DNA of 62,925 bases, filler included, from Licmophora abbreviata (taxonomy: Eukaryota): NCBI GenBank assembly GCA_900291995.1. It is 25 parts of 25 records of this genome, joined end to end, with 100 filler letters (N's around TTAATTAATTAA, not from the genome) between each part and the next. Parts side by side here need not be neighbours in the genome. Positions count along the whole stretch, not along the records: positions 61,068 to 62,925 come from OLMU01002888.1; 24 more parts are not named here. The stretch is one strand, 5' to 3'. Position 1 is the stretch's first letter, and each line of letters starts with the position of its first letter. Below the pieces are notes generated by a model. The model saw only the letters and a list, made by a program, of their open reading frames with translations. It was not told the DNA's origin and made no database searches. The translations under genes and the position numbers were made by a program. Below, piece by piece: positions 62,658 to 62,925 of the stretch.

Positions 62658-62925
62658 TCAAACGCCGCGCTTATTGCCCCACAGCGCCACATGCAGCTGC
62701 GGCAGCACCCGCGCCTCGAACCAGCCATCCCGCGTCACGTGATCCACCAGCCAGCGCATCCGCGCATCAAGCCCGTCCTGATCGACGCGCGCCGCATCGT
62801 CCCCCGGCGGCGGGGGCGTGTGATTGCCGGGCTGCAGGAAGAGCGGCAATTGCGGATAGCGCCCCGCCACCTCCCGCGCCCAGTCGTAATCCGTCTCGTC
62901 GAAAATCACGATCTTCATCACCATG
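62658..62925 (-). CDS. queE: 7-carboxy-7-deazaguanine synthase, C-terminal part
   Basis: [10 protein letters not shown]...FLQPGN...RVLPQLH...WGNKRGV; upstream of queF. Confidence 0.9.
   Translation of the reverse strand, partial: MVMKIVIFDETDYDWAREVAGRYPQLPLFLQPGNHTPPPPGDDAARVDQDGLDARMRWLVDHVTRDGWFEARVLPQLHVALWGNKRGV

Overview
GC-rich alphaproteobacterial (Rhodobacteraceae/roseobacter-like) draft scaffold of 25 ordered contigs joined by 24 artificial 100-nt linkers (N-run + TTAATTAATTAA + N-run). Many genes run across the linkers, and several carry single-base frameshifts. The left part (1-27.6 kb) is mostly metabolic: citF, a GT4, IMPase, FkbM, opgH/opgG, phnDCEE, a porin, a catalytically degenerate ADP-ribosylglycohydrolase, amt, a possible toxin-antitoxin-like pair, and two TRAP clusters. 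From 27.67 to 49.86 kb lies a genomic island integrated at the 3' end of tRNA-Thr(UGU). It shows a displaced att fragment at 27666, paired TGCCCCCA arm-type repeats at both ends, a P4-like integrase, AlpA, a second tyrosine recombinase, and IS6/IS1380 remnants. Its cargo is the most interesting part. (i) Two paralogous AraC activators and four copies of a 66-bp operator/promoter element (GAGAS-N7-CAA-N8-GCGAY-N7-YAACGACA-N17-TAnnnW) sit in front of secreted-protein genes. (ii) The secreted set includes two-Cys lipoproteins and PliG-like/SH3 proteins. (iii) An apparently extracytoplasmic phosphorylation module comprises a signal-peptide four-jointed/Fam20-like kinase, a non-canonical CX5 PTP-like phosphatase and a calcineurin-like phosphoesterase, facing DUF4956-like and YjiK-like genes. 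The right part (50-63 kb) is ordinary roseobacter core: GapR-like, a FadB-like gene, DksA-like, FliM-like, a CrbS-like sensor with response regulator and ScfR, queF and queE. All family calls are from motif recognition by eye; no database search was run.
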